DNA from: a virus
DNA length: 64,000 nt
Strand: one strand, 5' to 3'
Virus record (IMG/VR): IMGVR_UViG_3300034072_001093
Span: 1-64,000 of that record
Shown here piece after piece: positions 30,001 through 38,555 of this stretch. The notes under the pieces are model-generated. The model worked only from the letters and a program-made list of their open reading frames with translations, had not been told where the DNA came from and ran no database searches. The position numbers and the translations under genes were made by a program. Within the stretch, counting starts at the first letter, position 1. Every line of letters begins with the position of its first letter.

Positions 30001-31788
30001 CTTCGCCGGGCAGTCGGGAACGCCAAGTTCAACCACTTCAAGGGGTATCTGCCGAACGCCAAGGATGGCGAGATGACGATCGTTGTCCGCAAGACCGACA
30101 ACTATGCCGATCTGCGTCAGCAGAGCTTCAAGATGATCGGGGTCTACCATGGTTCGAACCTCGATCGCCGATCGGGAACCTCGGCCTATTTCATGGTGCC
30201 GGTGTCGACCCGTGCCAACTATCAGCAGGGCATCATGCAGACTGTCCAGCAGACGGTTGGTGGTGTGGATCTGATGACGGGCCTGAGCCATGATCGATCG
30301 GCTGCAGGTGCCATTGCAGAGCCCAAGACTGTGGCTCGGATCTGGCGCAACCGGCACCAGGAAAATGCTGTGGAGCCCCTGATCCCGATGTTCGACAAGG
30401 ACGGCATGATCATGGGCTATGAGCGCAGCACCAATCCCGAGATCATGGGGCAGATGGGTCAGGAGAACCACCTGGCCAATGCGATGGGTCAATGGCGTGG
30501 GCGTCAGGTCGAAGAGCGTGAAGGTCGCTATGTGAACCAGACGCTGATCGAACGCATGCACCAGATGTGGGAGAAGGCCAGCGCAGAGCAGCAGAAGACC
30601 CAGTTCGTCAACCTGTTCGATCCCAAGGTTCGCAAGGACGATCCTGTGCTGGAAGACATCTTCCAGAGCCTGCCCGGCTATGTGATCCAGGACATCGTGA
30701 AGGTCTTCGGCGAGCAGTTCATGATCCGCAAGGATCTGCTCAATGACTCGATGGGCTATCGTGATGCCTCTATCCGGGATGCCTGGACCGGCAACAGCCG
30801 TCTGGACCCCAAGATCCTGGAGATGATCAAGAACACCACGATCTCGGTGTTCGGCATGGATGGGTATCGCAAGCTGGTGACGGCCGAGAAAACGATCCAG
30901 AACGTGATGACCGACCTTAGGGTGATCATCGTGGTCAAGTCGATGTTCGTGCCTGCTGCGAACCTGACCTGGAACATCTACCAGCTCATGTCCCGTGGTG
31001 TTCCCATTGGTTCGATCGGCAAGGGCATGCCCCGCAAGGTCTCGGAGGTGAACGATTACCTCAAGCGCAAGAGCCGGGAGATCGAGGCCGAAGCCGAGCT
31101 TAAGGCAGTGGGAACCAATGTCCGTGCAGCTCTCAAGCTGGAAGCGGAGATCCAGGCACTCAAGGACAGCTACAAGTTCCTGAGCATCTGGCCTCTGATC
31201 GATGCCGGCGAGCTTAGTTCGATCTCTGACGGCATGCTTTCGCAGGACGATCTGAAGCTTAGCGAGGGCCGCATCAGCGAATATATCGATCGACTGGCTG
31301 ACAAGCTGCCTGCTAGTGTGCGGACCATGGCCAAATACGGTCTGATTGCTCGGGACACGGCGCTGTTCAAGGGGCTGCAGAAGACGGTTGAATACGGGGA
31401 CTTCCTGGCCAAGGCGATCCTCTACGAGGATCTGGTGGGCAGGCAAAAGAAAACGCCCGAAGCAGCACTGGCCATGATCAACGAGGAATACGTCAATTAT
31501 GACCGGCTGCCCGGGCGTACCCGTGGTGCGGTGGAGCAACTCGGGTTGGCATGGTTCTGGAACTTCAAGATCCGATCGACCAAGACGGCTCTGTCGATCG
31601 TGAGGAACAATCCGGTCCACGCACTGATTGCGATGAACCTGCCTGCTCCTGGCTTCCTGGGTGACGTGGGAAGCCCGCTGACGGACAATATGGTGGCTGT
31701 GACGGGTGACGGCAGGGCTGGCTTCTCTATCGGCCTTGAGATGGCCCTGAGGGCGCCTCAGCTGCATCCGCTGGGCAGCGTGCTGTGA
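21043..31788 (+). CDS. Virion-encapsidated RNA polymerase (N4 gp50-like vRNAP)
   Basis: 3581 aa. T7-like motif A (EADGVTNG), motif B (RGVTKNPLTITLYGSG) and motif C (VFDG). No Cys found on reading the translation. HEMIH zincin-like motif in the C-terminal part. Confidence 0.97.
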   Translation: MTNPTDLMNQYLEIYGVRPQTVRGIKQSQVARSSAQKQQELAQISSPEGAYDEFAGDMADTGGASANETQQDFRNLSPGELEAKYGNQAGSIISARVDAGARYRAPQVMRRSAGEIASDLGLAVAKGGAGLLGLGALGVNLGAKAVGADDAAAIGLRAAQFSQSVNDFLTSKQTDALQGEKENTEAEIRQAKRDTDQLYEQERQSGEGGAKVNQILREFRDVGARVLANPTVLGDAVAEGVGSMAGAGVLARGAAKLAGAVSSRVAPGFQLSEKAASRLATANMAASIGAQEGGSAFQGTTLEAYEILNERYPDMSEKQKAELATQAGELAAATQTPIAAVTGLLVARFEMNPLKAPALAFGTNTVKETIEEGVQGATGTLAQNYALGQAVDRDRDLFEGVGDAAARGMIAGFGTGAVVGSPSLAAGTAAGAAKAGVSAASTGAMAVASKTMRGVNAAVSKVEGTSFYQAIKERAQKIIEEEENASPSSAENTKSMLSGAIETVRSMGERVVETLRSEGAPDQAVDDVMELAKTASFDIAEIDETAPELVRTAVAGSTNRFEAMEALAQVVNQAEEGSADQITAARYLADMKSQVEGLTQHKPMESLDEITPESEIDTTVRGLEAGLVNLLDNPGIKRAYELAKTALGAAVEKGAAILRANEDPTTPESQERIKTALAVAEHTPEKSDIETNEVLLKHAENGTIQLTPVQQAQLLSASALVQAERQLLAAQAEQGIKTNVNMVTGQALTDIPDAIGGVRLPSLAGHARRIIQAYKAGSIDVAKAHLQELMQFAQHFQNKVAAANAHFARGGQGRGDRFMALSSQYEPDGSRKMVESSKPFDVRPWNPASVGLAQTVGKEAEVIASVANQIAQAFPDLGIAPVVPVALDPGLSGPVAEVVARNPRGAAASNVPQTPTNVQPVQAQAPVAQQQQQQVQLQADVEQARAKGAVAAASKKDTAPPAEYSTEQKVAWYEGRDEARQLAAQEAAEAELEAQPAIEEIPVVEEPVTEAVTPDPETVVEEVVEPEPVQVEESPQEAQETPAPESQPVETQEAEIVPDEAPVTAAEVSGIIAEALDAKIPEAEPAVEPAEVVPAPSVAEPAETVKTRFPKLVGHAAGSKITNWFSRAFGLKKAETIKLWSYEGNPIRSVLDMLNGSLEDYLGDNAPEANLTPQEISMYEAFIEKNASGIIRSLNGRIQKFLDAPHSQKETAPRKSFWRQGKKPYNEYVTGRILNLVEENDGKFTLNRELVGMGVLAALQWIQQTNNYGKRKEGRDVPGLLGMSSQEANSRPELDGTREAIAREFNLGITRVEASRSLAQMIRKYWGLDTRKDAPKAYTDGIAEALAKEIIDTMVDGGLLVREFPLNKVIPSSKTAKERTVEIYYPAENVLPETGIPDLIERMVMRKPDTVNFVGTPPKNIAQTQVNNSKAKLTREQKAAIRARQAVPFFVNTSMLEFYRNAGDLLNTLFGGGRIDGLPINAEHRRTLEGRNRTVQLGMQQIEKLAREMQAYAEAKGIPIEEVPAHFEYSFNSMNREQMLGGTTPQNNKLMREVFLPTTSTSDLSDVSSKAYRGFMLAMAQHIGIKLERQSSQDSIDQAKSDLESKYARSIAGLKVWLQNKGPISEELVQTLQSELGGKLNPAAVHALMEYARFDAMSQEERKSFSTSLYLEADGVTNGPINALMLFNPGSFTADWIADVRRGGVLFDGAASMNEAYGSNGGDLYARASKKLTQLLKSVLPETEVERKELEGLLAFMDLFMGDDVTYTQFEDGTFEVSFDRGVTKNPLTITLYGSGANGMADKLATVLVDAIHEKMTEMALRGDANPNISVSEALFPNDPNHEVKFEYFEGLLKDLTGLKFKDPISLSITRDAYTRLKSRMAEYIVPQLQAAITATVGKTVVDTLTDVRMATQVQSIALQYAFAAEVKKRLEAKGAKSSEFLSQQELDEIFDSLAHLVPILSTGEQNFYIANSQRADEDSNPFSQLLSGKMSTPAFLENPANAGVRGMPSLVIGSGDGMMMQNFAGSKAGPGKTLGVFDGLNMPIDMIEEYSKRINAAVAQAWQRNPLQSVADTFTQFLPAYSLKGKTYQEIGDIRYALTGGTNAKETPVAELERLLKVLNASLQRGAMQMEARQNALAQVDFRVDQMAGAASPHVTGGKISLEGMSNEQIEQVLNDLYNQELAKLEERAETLAKATVPEAVIDLSTEHPSGARVVLPQALKSLVEKLSGTGWQLNVLGDQVASLIEQGYQIVAGSDAQLRSWLNQNGMNQSVLDNPGAETVNGVTLPNSKVILLVNPTAETIVHEMIHAATYNTLAAHYAGQDLGPRAVEKVRAIERLEVLAKQFLSLDLSQASEQVQRAYVNARNAMKQALAEGNKAAALNEFMAWGLANQELAEQLDKTEANPLVRMLRDVIDGIKQLMFGKRQVPVLGDMLSNLRFNTAILAVTQKDAFDLFDETALYHSEAYGKSPRLSRINEILQDKVFSYVRGMMVDEGEAAQQNAQNQVSNLTVLADQALTGAVGAGFSMNMQEKSTFQLVVSTMASAIQLDGNALSKASELFNYVTKTLSISDFLANPNEENTTDSTLANEKYNFVLGNYGTQFDQLNRSSLLPVFMGLALTNEEFRKVLAKMPLPADVRNTDGTLDNRIENAGNNVMDWLGRYLSGQKRSDKTVGAVVDSLTEQVLKTAAERQSFISVVAGKAGGVVDTVNDFVASSIEFMSERAFLGGQKIAENATNRWTKVAGEAISAMGGIANRDYANKLGENWIESVFAADLPKPLTDLVNDMIGRTESNAPIYDMIKRVRSWVTKSRQHYREDLPKIIAKQFSRELSKQEWADLHKGIGQTDVAALRMRFTMAQILSMLADPGVLAQEMSRLEADLKAAHPQDFNTLQRKSVQLAEFMNTGKPGTNLLRNALAIAALLGENRTTKYAPTATTEQMVDALVSLYALQGLNQDTKDSLAKLAQGEADGLSFTTEYLAALRKFELRRAVGNAKFNHFKGYLPNAKDGEMTIVVRKTDNYADLRQQSFKMIGVYHGSNLDRRSGTSAYFMVPVSTRANYQQGIMQTVQQTVGGVDLMTGLSHDRSAAGAIAEPKTVARIWRNRHQENAVEPLIPMFDKDGMIMGYERSTNPEIMGQMGQENHLANAMGQWRGRQVEEREGRYVNQTLIERMHQMWEKASAEQQKTQFVNLFDPKVRKDDPVLEDIFQSLPGYVIQDIVKVFGEQFMIRKDLLNDSMGYRDASIRDAWTGNSRLDPKILEMIKNTTISVFGMDGYRKLVTAEKTIQNVMTDLRVIIVVKSMFVPAANLTWNIYQLMSRGVPIGSIGKGMPRKVSEVNDYLKRKSREIEAEAELKAVGTNVRAALKLEAEIQALKDSYKFLSIWPLIDAGELSSISDGMLSQDDLKLSEGRISEYIDRLADKLPASVRTMAKYGLIARDTALFKGLQKTVEYGDFLAKAILYEDLVGRQKKTPEAALAMINEEYVNYDRLPGRTRGAVEQLGLAWFWNFKIRSTKTALSIVRNNPVHALIAMNLPAPGFLGDVGSPLTDNMVAVTGDGRAGFSIGLEMALRAPQLHPLGSVL

Positions 31789-31797
31789 TCAAAGGAA

Positions 31798-31833
31798 TGT
31801 GGGGGACCGGGGTCGCACTTTCGGTCCCCCACA
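31798..31833. terminator. Hairpin at the convergence of late (+) and middle (-) transcription
   Basis: 12-bp inverted repeat TGTGGGGGACCG/CGGTCCCCCACA. Confidence 0.7.
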
Positions 31834-31867
31834 CCCTGGCTCCTCGTGGGGGTTCAGGAGCCAGAGG

Positions 31868-32440
31868 TCAAGCTGCTTGGGCTTCTCGGCGTCTGCGGCG
31901 GTTGATGTGCAGGATCGAGAGCTTCATGATGGGGCTATGGTCGAACTGTCCACGCATGACAGCAGCGGTCAGATTGCTATCCATGATGGCAGCAACTTCC
32001 TGGCGTGCTTCCACCAGCACCGGGTCAACTCCGATCAGAGCCAATTCAGGGTGAAGCTCGATCGCCCGTTCGCGGAACTCCCGAAGACGAGCAAGCTCGT
32101 CGTCGTCGGTCGGCTGCTCAGCAGGGGTTTCTTGGATAGCGGGCTCGTCAACGGGAGCCTTGGTAACAGCAGGGAGATCCTCGACGCTGTAGACCACAGG
32201 GAGGAACGAGAATTGTTCTTCGGTGCCGACCCAGGACAGAGTGTGGGCTCGGCCGAAGGTTGGCGGAACGGCTTTAGTCTTTTTGACCAAGTGGCTCGCT
32301 GCCAGGCGGTCGATAATGGCGTGCAGCGCGCCATACTGGTCCCAGCCCAGGTGAGCCTTTAGGTCACGGACGCAGGTTTCCGGATTGCTGCGAATGAATT
32401 TCGCGATTTCGAGACTGAATTTCGTGGGACGACGCATCAT
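31868..32440 (-). CDS. Hypothetical protein with N-terminal winged-HTH-like segment
   Basis: AAGGAG SD before ATG 32440. EIAKFIRSNP...VRDLKAHLG...IIDRLAASHLV has a wHTH pattern. Confidence 0.6.
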   Translation of the reverse strand: MMRRPTKFSLEIAKFIRSNPETCVRDLKAHLGWDQYGALHAIIDRLAASHLVKKTKAVPPTFGRAHTLSWVGTEEQFSFLPVVYSVEDLPAVTKAPVDEPAIQETPAEQPTDDDELARLREFRERAIELHPELALIGVDPVLVEARQEVAAIMDSNLTAAVMRGQFDHSPIMKLSILHINRRRRREAQAA

Positions 32441-32469
32441 GCGCTCCTTGGTTCTGGAAATGGGTGGGC

Positions 32470-32631
32470 TCATTCCTCGGTCGAAGGCGAGAAGAGCTTC
32501 AGGATCCACCTGACGATCACGAATGCTCCGACGATCATCAGCACGGTTGGGAGGGCGGAAATGATGGCCGGGACGACATACGCCCCGACCACCAGGATGA
32601 CTGCGATTGACAGCCAGTGTTCTGTTTTCAT
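32470..32631 (-). CDS. Small 2-TM membrane protein
   Basis: Sequence MKTEHWLSIAVILVVGAYVVP...LMIVGAFVIVRWIL. Confidence 0.6.
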   Translation of the reverse strand: MKTEHWLSIAVILVVGAYVVPAIISALPTVLMIVGAFVIVRWILKLFSPSTEE

Positions 32632-32641
32632 TGACCCAGGG

Positions 32642-33064
32642 TTACGCCGCAGCGACATCCGGGTTGTTAGTCGGCTTCTTCAGGTTGGCGAAGATCGACG
32701 GCTTGGCCGGTGCAGCTTCGACCTCGGTGTCGGTTGTCGAACCAGCTTGGGTTTCTTCCGTGGCGAACGGCGGTTCGTCAGCTTCGGGTTCAGTTGCCGG
32801 TGCTTCTTCGGTCTCCGTGTTGGCAGCCGGAGCAGTGCGAGCAGCGGTCACCTTGGCAGCGACACCGGCATTGCGACGGGTCGGAGCCGGTGCAGGAGCG
32901 GCGATGGGCTCATCCGTGATGGACAGCTCGGCCGTGAAGCCCTGGTCACCACGGGTGGCCTTCATTTCGATCGTCACGGCCTTGCCTTCGACGACGAGAC
33001 CGCGGCTGTTGAGGTAGAAGCGGAGAGCGTCTTCGATCTCCGACTGGATCAGGATAACCTGCAT
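32642..33064 (-). CDS. Conserved N4-like hypothetical protein with acidic tail
   Basis: MQVILIQSEIEDAL start and C-terminal SIFANLKKP. Follows the resolvase. Confidence 0.7.
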   Translation of the reverse strand: MQVILIQSEIEDALRFYLNSRGLVVEGKAVTIEMKATRGDQGFTAELSITDEPIAAPAPAPTRRNAGVAAKVTAARTAPAANTETEEAPATEPEADEPPFATEETQAGSTTDTEVEAAPAKPSIFANLKKPTNNPDVAAA

Positions 33065-33065
33065 T

Positions 33066-33620
33066 TCAAAGTCCTTCGAAAATCCGCATGAGGTTGCGGA
33101 ACATGGGGGTGTTCACACCTGCATGGATCGCTGCGATGGCGTCTGCGAGGTGTTCAGCTTTCTGTGCCACCTGCCCCCGGTGAAGGGGCCAGTTGGCGTC
33201 GGGATAGAACTCCATCGCCTTGGCGATCATGAGCTCTTTGCTGGCGAGCTTATTTTCGGCGAGGGCTTGCTTGCACTCGCTGGGGGTCACCTCGACCAGG
33301 GGAATGCCTTCCGAGACGATAGCTCCCAGGATCCCCACGCACATGCCGTAGCTGGCCATCGCTCTTGCGGATTGAGATCCGACGGGCACTTCGACGAAGA
33401 CAACCTTCGCCTTGCGTGCCTCAGCGATAACGACCGATGCCAGCTGTTGCGTGAGGTGGAGATCCTTGGAGTTCTTCCTCACCTGCTTCCCCTTCTCATC
33501 CTTGGGTGCAACCAAGGTGAGCCGGGGGGTGTCGAGGACCCCCGTGCTGAGGTCTAACTCGGAAGGAGCGAGGCCCCAGTTTCGCATACTGGGGTCCATG
33601 CCAAGCACGGGGATCTTCAT
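33066..33620 (-). CDS. RuvC-like Holliday junction resolvase (N4 gp46-like)
   Basis: VLGMDPSMRNWG, VFVEVPVGSQ and HLADAIA give the acidic RNase H-fold motifs. Confidence 0.85.
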   Translation of the reverse strand: MKIPVLGMDPSMRNWGLAPSELDLSTGVLDTPRLTLVAPKDEKGKQVRKNSKDLHLTQQLASVVIAEARKAKVVFVEVPVGSQSARAMASYGMCVGILGAIVSEGIPLVEVTPSECKQALAENKLASKELMIAKAMEFYPDANWPLHRGQVAQKAEHLADAIAAIHAGVNTPMFRNLMRIFEGL

Positions 33621-33633
33621 GGCTCAGGCCTCC

Positions 33634-34398
33634 TCAGGCGGCTTTCTTGTTGCCGAAGAGGCTCTTGCTGGCAGGCTTGGCACCGCCCTGCTGGGGCGGC
33701 TGACCGGGACGGCCCGACTGAGCAGCACCAGCACCGTCCTTGACCTTGCGGTTGTCCTTCTGCTTGCCCTTGTTCTTCTCGAGCCAGGCAGTGTGGAAGG
33801 TGCCTTCCTCGGCACCAGCGGTCGCTTCGGGGACGGTCATCATCGTCTCGGTGTTGAACACCTTGTCGATCGTGTTGACCTCGCGGGTCTCGGCCGTCTC
33901 GACATAGGCACCGCTGGCGTCCTTCTCGCTCTTGTTTTCGAGCACGTTGAGGATCGCCACGCTGACGGTCTTGCCGATCAGATCGATCAGGACCGGGACC
34001 TTGGTCGGGACATCCTTCTTCAGTTCGGCGTCATAGATCATGACAGCCTTTTCCTCGGTCGGCTGTTCCGACAGGGGGATGCCAGTGGCGCAGAGGCACA
34101 GGTCGTTGATGGTGATAAAGCCGGGCAGCGGAGCCTTCTTGTCATTCTTCGTGACATAGTAGTTATTGCCGTCGCGGGTGGTCATGTAGACCGTCTCGCG
34201 GTATTCACGGCCGCCGAGGTCGAGGTTGACCACGACACCCTGGGCACCGCCCGAGCTGGAGATGGCATAAACCAGCTTGATGGGGCCGGTGTAGATGTCG
34301 CTGGCCAGGGGGCTGAAGCCGCCCAGGCGATCGGTTGCTTCTTCCAGACCTTCGGTGGTCAGGCTTCCAAAGAGTGCATTCATTTTTTGGGCTTTCAT
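33634..34398 (-). CDS. ssb: Single-stranded DNA-binding protein / late transcription activator (N4SSB, gp45-like)
   Basis: Synteny, LPGF motif, NTIDKVF, and the C-terminal SKSLFG tail of N4-type SSB. Confidence 0.8.
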   Translation of the reverse strand: MKAQKMNALFGSLTTEGLEEATDRLGGFSPLASDIYTGPIKLVYAISSSGGAQGVVVNLDLGGREYRETVYMTTRDGNNYYVTKNDKKAPLPGFITINDLCLCATGIPLSEQPTEEKAVMIYDAELKKDVPTKVPVLIDLIGKTVSVAILNVLENKSEKDASGAYVETAETREVNTIDKVFNTETMMTVPEATAGAEEGTFHTAWLEKNKGKQKDNRKVKDGAGAAQSGRPGQPPQQGGAKPASKSLFGNKKAA

Positions 34399-34534
34399 TC
34401 TGGGTTTTTGATGCTTTTTTCGAGATATTTTTCGTGTGTTTTTCGTCTCTTGAAAGCGGTTGCTGGCAGTTTTTTACAGGGTCTGCCAACCTGATCCCCT
34501 CGACGGATTTGCGCCCCGTTGAGAGGGAATGGGG

Positions 34535-35305
34535 TTACTCGTCGTAGAACCTGTGCAGGTGATCCAGGAGCAGCTGGGCATCGTTGTCCATGTAGGTCTG
34601 CTTCCGACTGAACATGCCCATGGGCGAACGGATACGAGTGCCGATCGATTCCTTGGTCAGGCGCGTCTGGAAAACGTGCTTGAAGCCGAGATCCTCATCG
34701 TCTTCGGTGACGGTGAGCAGATCGGGGTCGGCGTCCTTGAGATCCTTCAGGGGGATCTTGGTCGCCTCGACGACGGTCGAGAAATAGGCTTCCAGTCCCT
34801 GGTTCTTCAGGGAGCCCTTGATGGGCACGGAACGCTTCATCGACAGCGAGCTCTCGTCATACTGTTCGAGGACGTGAGCCAGGATGATGACGGGCTTGCC
34901 AAACTGGACCAGCTTCTGCTGGATCAGGCGCTTCCAGAACTGGGCATAATTGCTCCAGCCCTTCATGGTGTCAGCGGTCCCGAGCACATACTGGCTCTCG
35001 AACATATCCATCATGAAGGTGGCGGTATCGATGATCAGGCCATCGACGTCATCGGGATTGTTGATCGCCTCGTCGACGAACTCATAGACCTGCCAGGGGT
35101 CATCGACACGGGCGTTGATGAACTTGTTCTTGAAAGGCAGGCGCTTGCCGGCCTCGCAGTTGATGTAGATCCAGCGTTCCTGGTTCCTGATGTTGCGGAG
35201 CGAGGCGGATTTGCCCGCACCGGAGACGCCGCCGATCAAGACCATCTGGTCGTTGAACTCGATCTGCTCCTCGTCTTCCATGGGGGCTTCGATTGTGTCG
35301 GTCAC
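34535..35305 (-). CDS. AAA_24/Sak4-like ATPase (N4 gp44-like)
   Basis: Walker A GVSGAGKS and Walker B LIID. AGGAG SD before GTG 35305. Confidence 0.85.
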   Translation of the reverse strand: MTDTIEAPMEDEEQIEFNDQMVLIGGVSGAGKSASLRNIRNQERWIYINCEAGKRLPFKNKFINARVDDPWQVYEFVDEAINNPDDVDGLIIDTATFMMDMFESQYVLGTADTMKGWSNYAQFWKRLIQQKLVQFGKPVIILAHVLEQYDESSLSMKRSVPIKGSLKNQGLEAYFSTVVEATKIPLKDLKDADPDLLTVTEDDEDLGFKHVFQTRLTKESIGTRIRSPMGMFSRKQTYMDNDAQLLLDHLHRFYDE

Positions 35306-35385
35306 TGGGTATTCTCCTGGAAATTCGGTTGGCAGTGGCGGTCCTCGAACCAAGAAAAGGACTGCCACTGCCTAGATGTGCGTGA

Positions 35386-37545
35386 TCAGGCGGCCTCTCG
35401 CTCGACGAAGCGTTTGGCCACCGTGACCAGCACGGTGCTGTCGATCTCTGCTTTGGGCAGAGGCTCTTTCAGCTTTTTGTTGAAGGTGTGGACACGGTTG
35501 CTGACCTCGGTCAGCTGCATGCCCCCGTCCATAAGAGCCAAGGCGAACTTGATCATATGGTTGTTGCGGTTGCCTGAGGCCATTCGCTGGGCGAACCAGC
35601 GCTCGAGGTTATCGAGCGACTGGAGCTCCTTGTTGGCCTGCAGGAATTGCTCGTTCTTGTTCGTCCGGGGGATGAACGGCAGAGCATCCACCATCTGCCC
35701 CTCGTTGTAGTGGTGGGTTCCACCTTCGAAGGACTGCCACTTCTTCGACCGCTGGTTGGCGGCCGCATCGGAGTCGAACGGCAGCCAGGCCATGAAGGAG
35801 TTCATGAACTCCTTGTAGTCCTCGCTGTCGAGCTCCAGCGTGTAGTTGATGGGCATGATCAGGCGGAACCTGTTCTCCTCATCAGTGTGGCGCTTGGTGG
35901 TGTAGGTCATGAAGGTGTAATCCTTCATGAGCTCGTGGACCGTATCGAGCGTGACACCGCCGTCGATGTCGATCACGACCAGGTTGAAGCCTGGGATGAT
36001 CTTGTCTTCGGCACGGTGCCCACCTTCGGCCCAGTGGTTGATCCAGTGAAGCCCAGGAGCCTGGGTCAGCACATGGAGCTGGTCGAAAGGTGCAAGCTCG
36101 CCCTCATAATTGTAGGCGAAGTTGTCGCTGTAGGCGATCCGCAGCTTGTCGAGCGAGGTCTCCTTCAGGGTTTCCCCCGAGAAGAACTCGATCCCGTCGA
36201 TGAACCGCTTCTTCAGGATGATGTGCTGCTTGTAGCCATAGGCCTGAGCCAGGGTGATCATCTCGCTGCGAGCAGACTGACCCGTCTTGTAGAAGGGCAG
36301 CTCCTCGTGAAGATCAGCATGCGTCAGCTCACGATCGCAGCCGGCGATGAACCGGGCGAGCTTTGCGTAAGCTGGCTCACGCTTGACGATCTTCTCAGCA
36401 AAAGCCTGACCGGACTCTTCCACCACCTTGATGGCGGAGTACAGGTGATCGAGCTCCAGGGTGCTGGACTGGTCGATAAAGGCATAAGCCCCTGCCAGCT
36501 TCAGCGCCTTGTAATAGCGGTGGGAGAGCTCGGCCTTCTCGGTATCCTTGTGGGTATCGAGGGCGTCTGCAGCCCGCTCACAGTCGATCTTGTACCGCAG
36601 CAGCTCGATCGCCACTGGATCTTCGAGCTGGATCTGCCACCCAAATAGCGCCGGATCGGCAAGGTTCTCGAAGTGGTCGTTCCAGGCATCCAGAGTGGCG
36701 CTGTTCTGCTTGGTGGTCAGGTCGGCATAGATCTCCTCGGGGGTCTTCGAATAGTATGCCTTCCGGTTCGGCTCACCAAAACCGAAGATACAGCGGCGAG
36801 CATAGCCGATCTTGAGGAACTGGTAGAACTGATCTTCGGTCTGGCTCCCGTCGAAGATCCTGTCGGGCGAGCCAAACAGGAGCATGTTCGTCGGGGTCTT
36901 GCCGTCGATTTCCTCGGTGCGCTTGTTGTCGGCCGACTCCTTGATCAGCTTGCCCTTGATGCGGCCCTGGTCATAGAGTTCCAGGAACACATTGAGGACT
37001 TCTGTGTTTGCTACCAGGTTAGAGCCGATCTCGTCGATTTGGAGGTTGATTGCCCCCGCACCGGAGAGTAACAGCTTGTGACGCAGCTGCTTGACCGCAG
37101 GAGAAGTTCCTTCAGAAAACGTGTAGAGGTGGTGTCCGGCAGACCTGAACTCTTTCTGCGCTTTCTCGAACTCCTCCTGCTGGTCAGTACCGTCCCGAAC
37201 AGCCCGCCGATTGGCGATCTTCATCAGGTTCTGCTCAGCCAGATAGTTGAATGTGTCGTCCATGAACCGGCGCTTGAAGCCGTTCATGACTTGCTCTTCC
37301 ATGATGGCCACGGAATGGCCCTTGCCGAAGCCTGAGGTCGCAACACCAATGGAATAGATGTTGACGGGCACAGGACCGCGGTCCTTGGTCAGGACAGTGA
37401 CGCCCATGTTGGCGGCCATCATACCAAGGAAATAGGCGACCTGAGCCTGATAGAAGCTCCGATCGGTATTCATGGTCTGCTTGCAAAGAGTATCCACGAT
37501 CTCCTGCATGGCGGGGTGGTGTGGAACCTTGGAAAAGTCCATCAT
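35386..37545 (-). CDS. DNA primase (N4 gp43/Dns-like)
   Basis: ATSGFGKG P-loop, prim-pol DIDGG, YTTKRH and RFRLI motifs, and C-terminal PriCT-like GNRNN. Confidence 0.88.
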   Translation of the reverse strand: MMDFSKVPHHPAMQEIVDTLCKQTMNTDRSFYQAQVAYFLGMMAANMGVTVLTKDRGPVPVNIYSIGVATSGFGKGHSVAIMEEQVMNGFKRRFMDDTFNYLAEQNLMKIANRRAVRDGTDQQEEFEKAQKEFRSAGHHLYTFSEGTSPAVKQLRHKLLLSGAGAINLQIDEIGSNLVANTEVLNVFLELYDQGRIKGKLIKESADNKRTEEIDGKTPTNMLLFGSPDRIFDGSQTEDQFYQFLKIGYARRCIFGFGEPNRKAYYSKTPEEIYADLTTKQNSATLDAWNDHFENLADPALFGWQIQLEDPVAIELLRYKIDCERAADALDTHKDTEKAELSHRYYKALKLAGAYAFIDQSSTLELDHLYSAIKVVEESGQAFAEKIVKREPAYAKLARFIAGCDRELTHADLHEELPFYKTGQSARSEMITLAQAYGYKQHIILKKRFIDGIEFFSGETLKETSLDKLRIAYSDNFAYNYEGELAPFDQLHVLTQAPGLHWINHWAEGGHRAEDKIIPGFNLVVIDIDGGVTLDTVHELMKDYTFMTYTTKRHTDEENRFRLIMPINYTLELDSEDYKEFMNSFMAWLPFDSDAAANQRSKKWQSFEGGTHHYNEGQMVDALPFIPRTNKNEQFLQANKELQSLDNLERWFAQRMASGNRNNHMIKFALALMDGGMQLTEVSNRVHTFNKKLKEPLPKAEIDSTVLVTVAKRFVEREAA

Positions 37546-38555
37546 TTGTAGCGATCCTTTTGGGTGCAGGCGTCGAAGGCCGGACAATAGTCGCAGCGCT
37601 TGGGAGCACCTGGGACCTCGATGACGACGCCCTGCCCGCCCTGATCATTTAGGTGGGCATAGGCTTCAGCAGCGGAGTCGAAGTTTTTGGTGGAGCGGCC
37701 GTCGGTCTTCGCCGGGTTCTTGTAATATTTGAACTTCGGGTCAGACTGCCACAGCTCCTCGGGGGTGCACTCGGGCAGCTCGTGCTCGGGCACCTTGCGG
37801 AATTTCTCGATCAGCCGGATCTTCTCGCGGATCCAGGCTTCGACCTCATCGGTCGACAGGAGCTGGATCTGCTTCTGCTCAACACGGCGCTGAGGATAGG
37901 CCTTGTTGGTGATCGCATCGATCTTCTTCCAGTCGGTGAAGACGAAGTTGATGTTGCCATAATCCTCGGTGATCCGGGGACGGAAACGGGTTTCCGGCGA
38001 CAGGCTGATGTCCGAGTTGCCCTGGGCATCGAGCCAGCGGTAGATCGACATCTGCAGCTGGAAGTCGCTGGTCTTGCCGCCAGAGACCCAGCTGTAGGCC
38101 GAGGTGCTCTTGGTGTCGTTGACGATGCCGTCGGTGATGGCATCGAACTTCCCGCCGATGATGTAATTGCCGAAGCGACGGAACATCCGCTGTTCCAGAT
38201 AGACCGGAATGGGGTCCTTCATGGCATCGAGCTGAGCGTCGGTCGGGTTGATGAGAACCCGATCGATGACGCCCTCAGGGTAGCCGAGCTTGGCAAGATT
38301 GCGGCGATAGCCCTTGAGCCAGGCTTTCTCCATGGAGTCATGGATGGCGTGGCCATAGGCGCTGGCGATGAGATCGGCGACGTCCAGAGGGATCTTCTGG
38401 CTCGGGTGGATACGGCTCGGCAGCAGGATATGCCGCAGGGGCTTCATCAGGCCGGTGACGGAGATGTAGTCGGGCTGGTCGATGTGGTCGTATTCATCGT
38501 GGACAAGCCAGACAGCGAGAGCGAGCGGAATACCGCTTGTATTGGTGATGGTCAT
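37542..38555 (-). CDS. PD-(D/E)XK exonuclease (N4 gp42-like)
   Basis: GKFD...DTKST and QMSIY motifs, with a C-terminal CxxCx5C cluster. Confidence 0.85.
   Translation of the reverse strand: MTITNTSGIPLALAVWLVHDEYDHIDQPDYISVTGLMKPLRHILLPSRIHPSQKIPLDVADLIASAYGHAIHDSMEKAWLKGYRRNLAKLGYPEGVIDRVLINPTDAQLDAMKDPIPVYLEQRMFRRFGNYIIGGKFDAITDGIVNDTKSTSAYSWVSGGKTSDFQLQMSIYRWLDAQGNSDISLSPETRFRPRITEDYGNINFVFTDWKKIDAITNKAYPQRRVEQKQIQLLSTDEVEAWIREKIRLIEKFRKVPEHELPECTPEELWQSDPKFKYYKNPAKTDGRSTKNFDSAAEAYAHLNDQGGQGVVIEVPGAPKRCDYCPAFDACTQKDRYK

Noticed and set aside
27925-31767. Very long antisense ORFs (1280 aa here; also 11872-13968, 8689-10266, 22711-24660, 46395-48125)
   Set aside because: They are shadow frames opposite strongly codon-biased, high-GC genes. 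No motifs or SD, and the composition (L/V/G/D/H-rich) is typical of antisense frames.
37542-38555. Cas4/CRISPR system
   Set aside because: This is the syntenic N4 gp42-like nuclease. No repeat-spacer array or cas genes were seen in the window.
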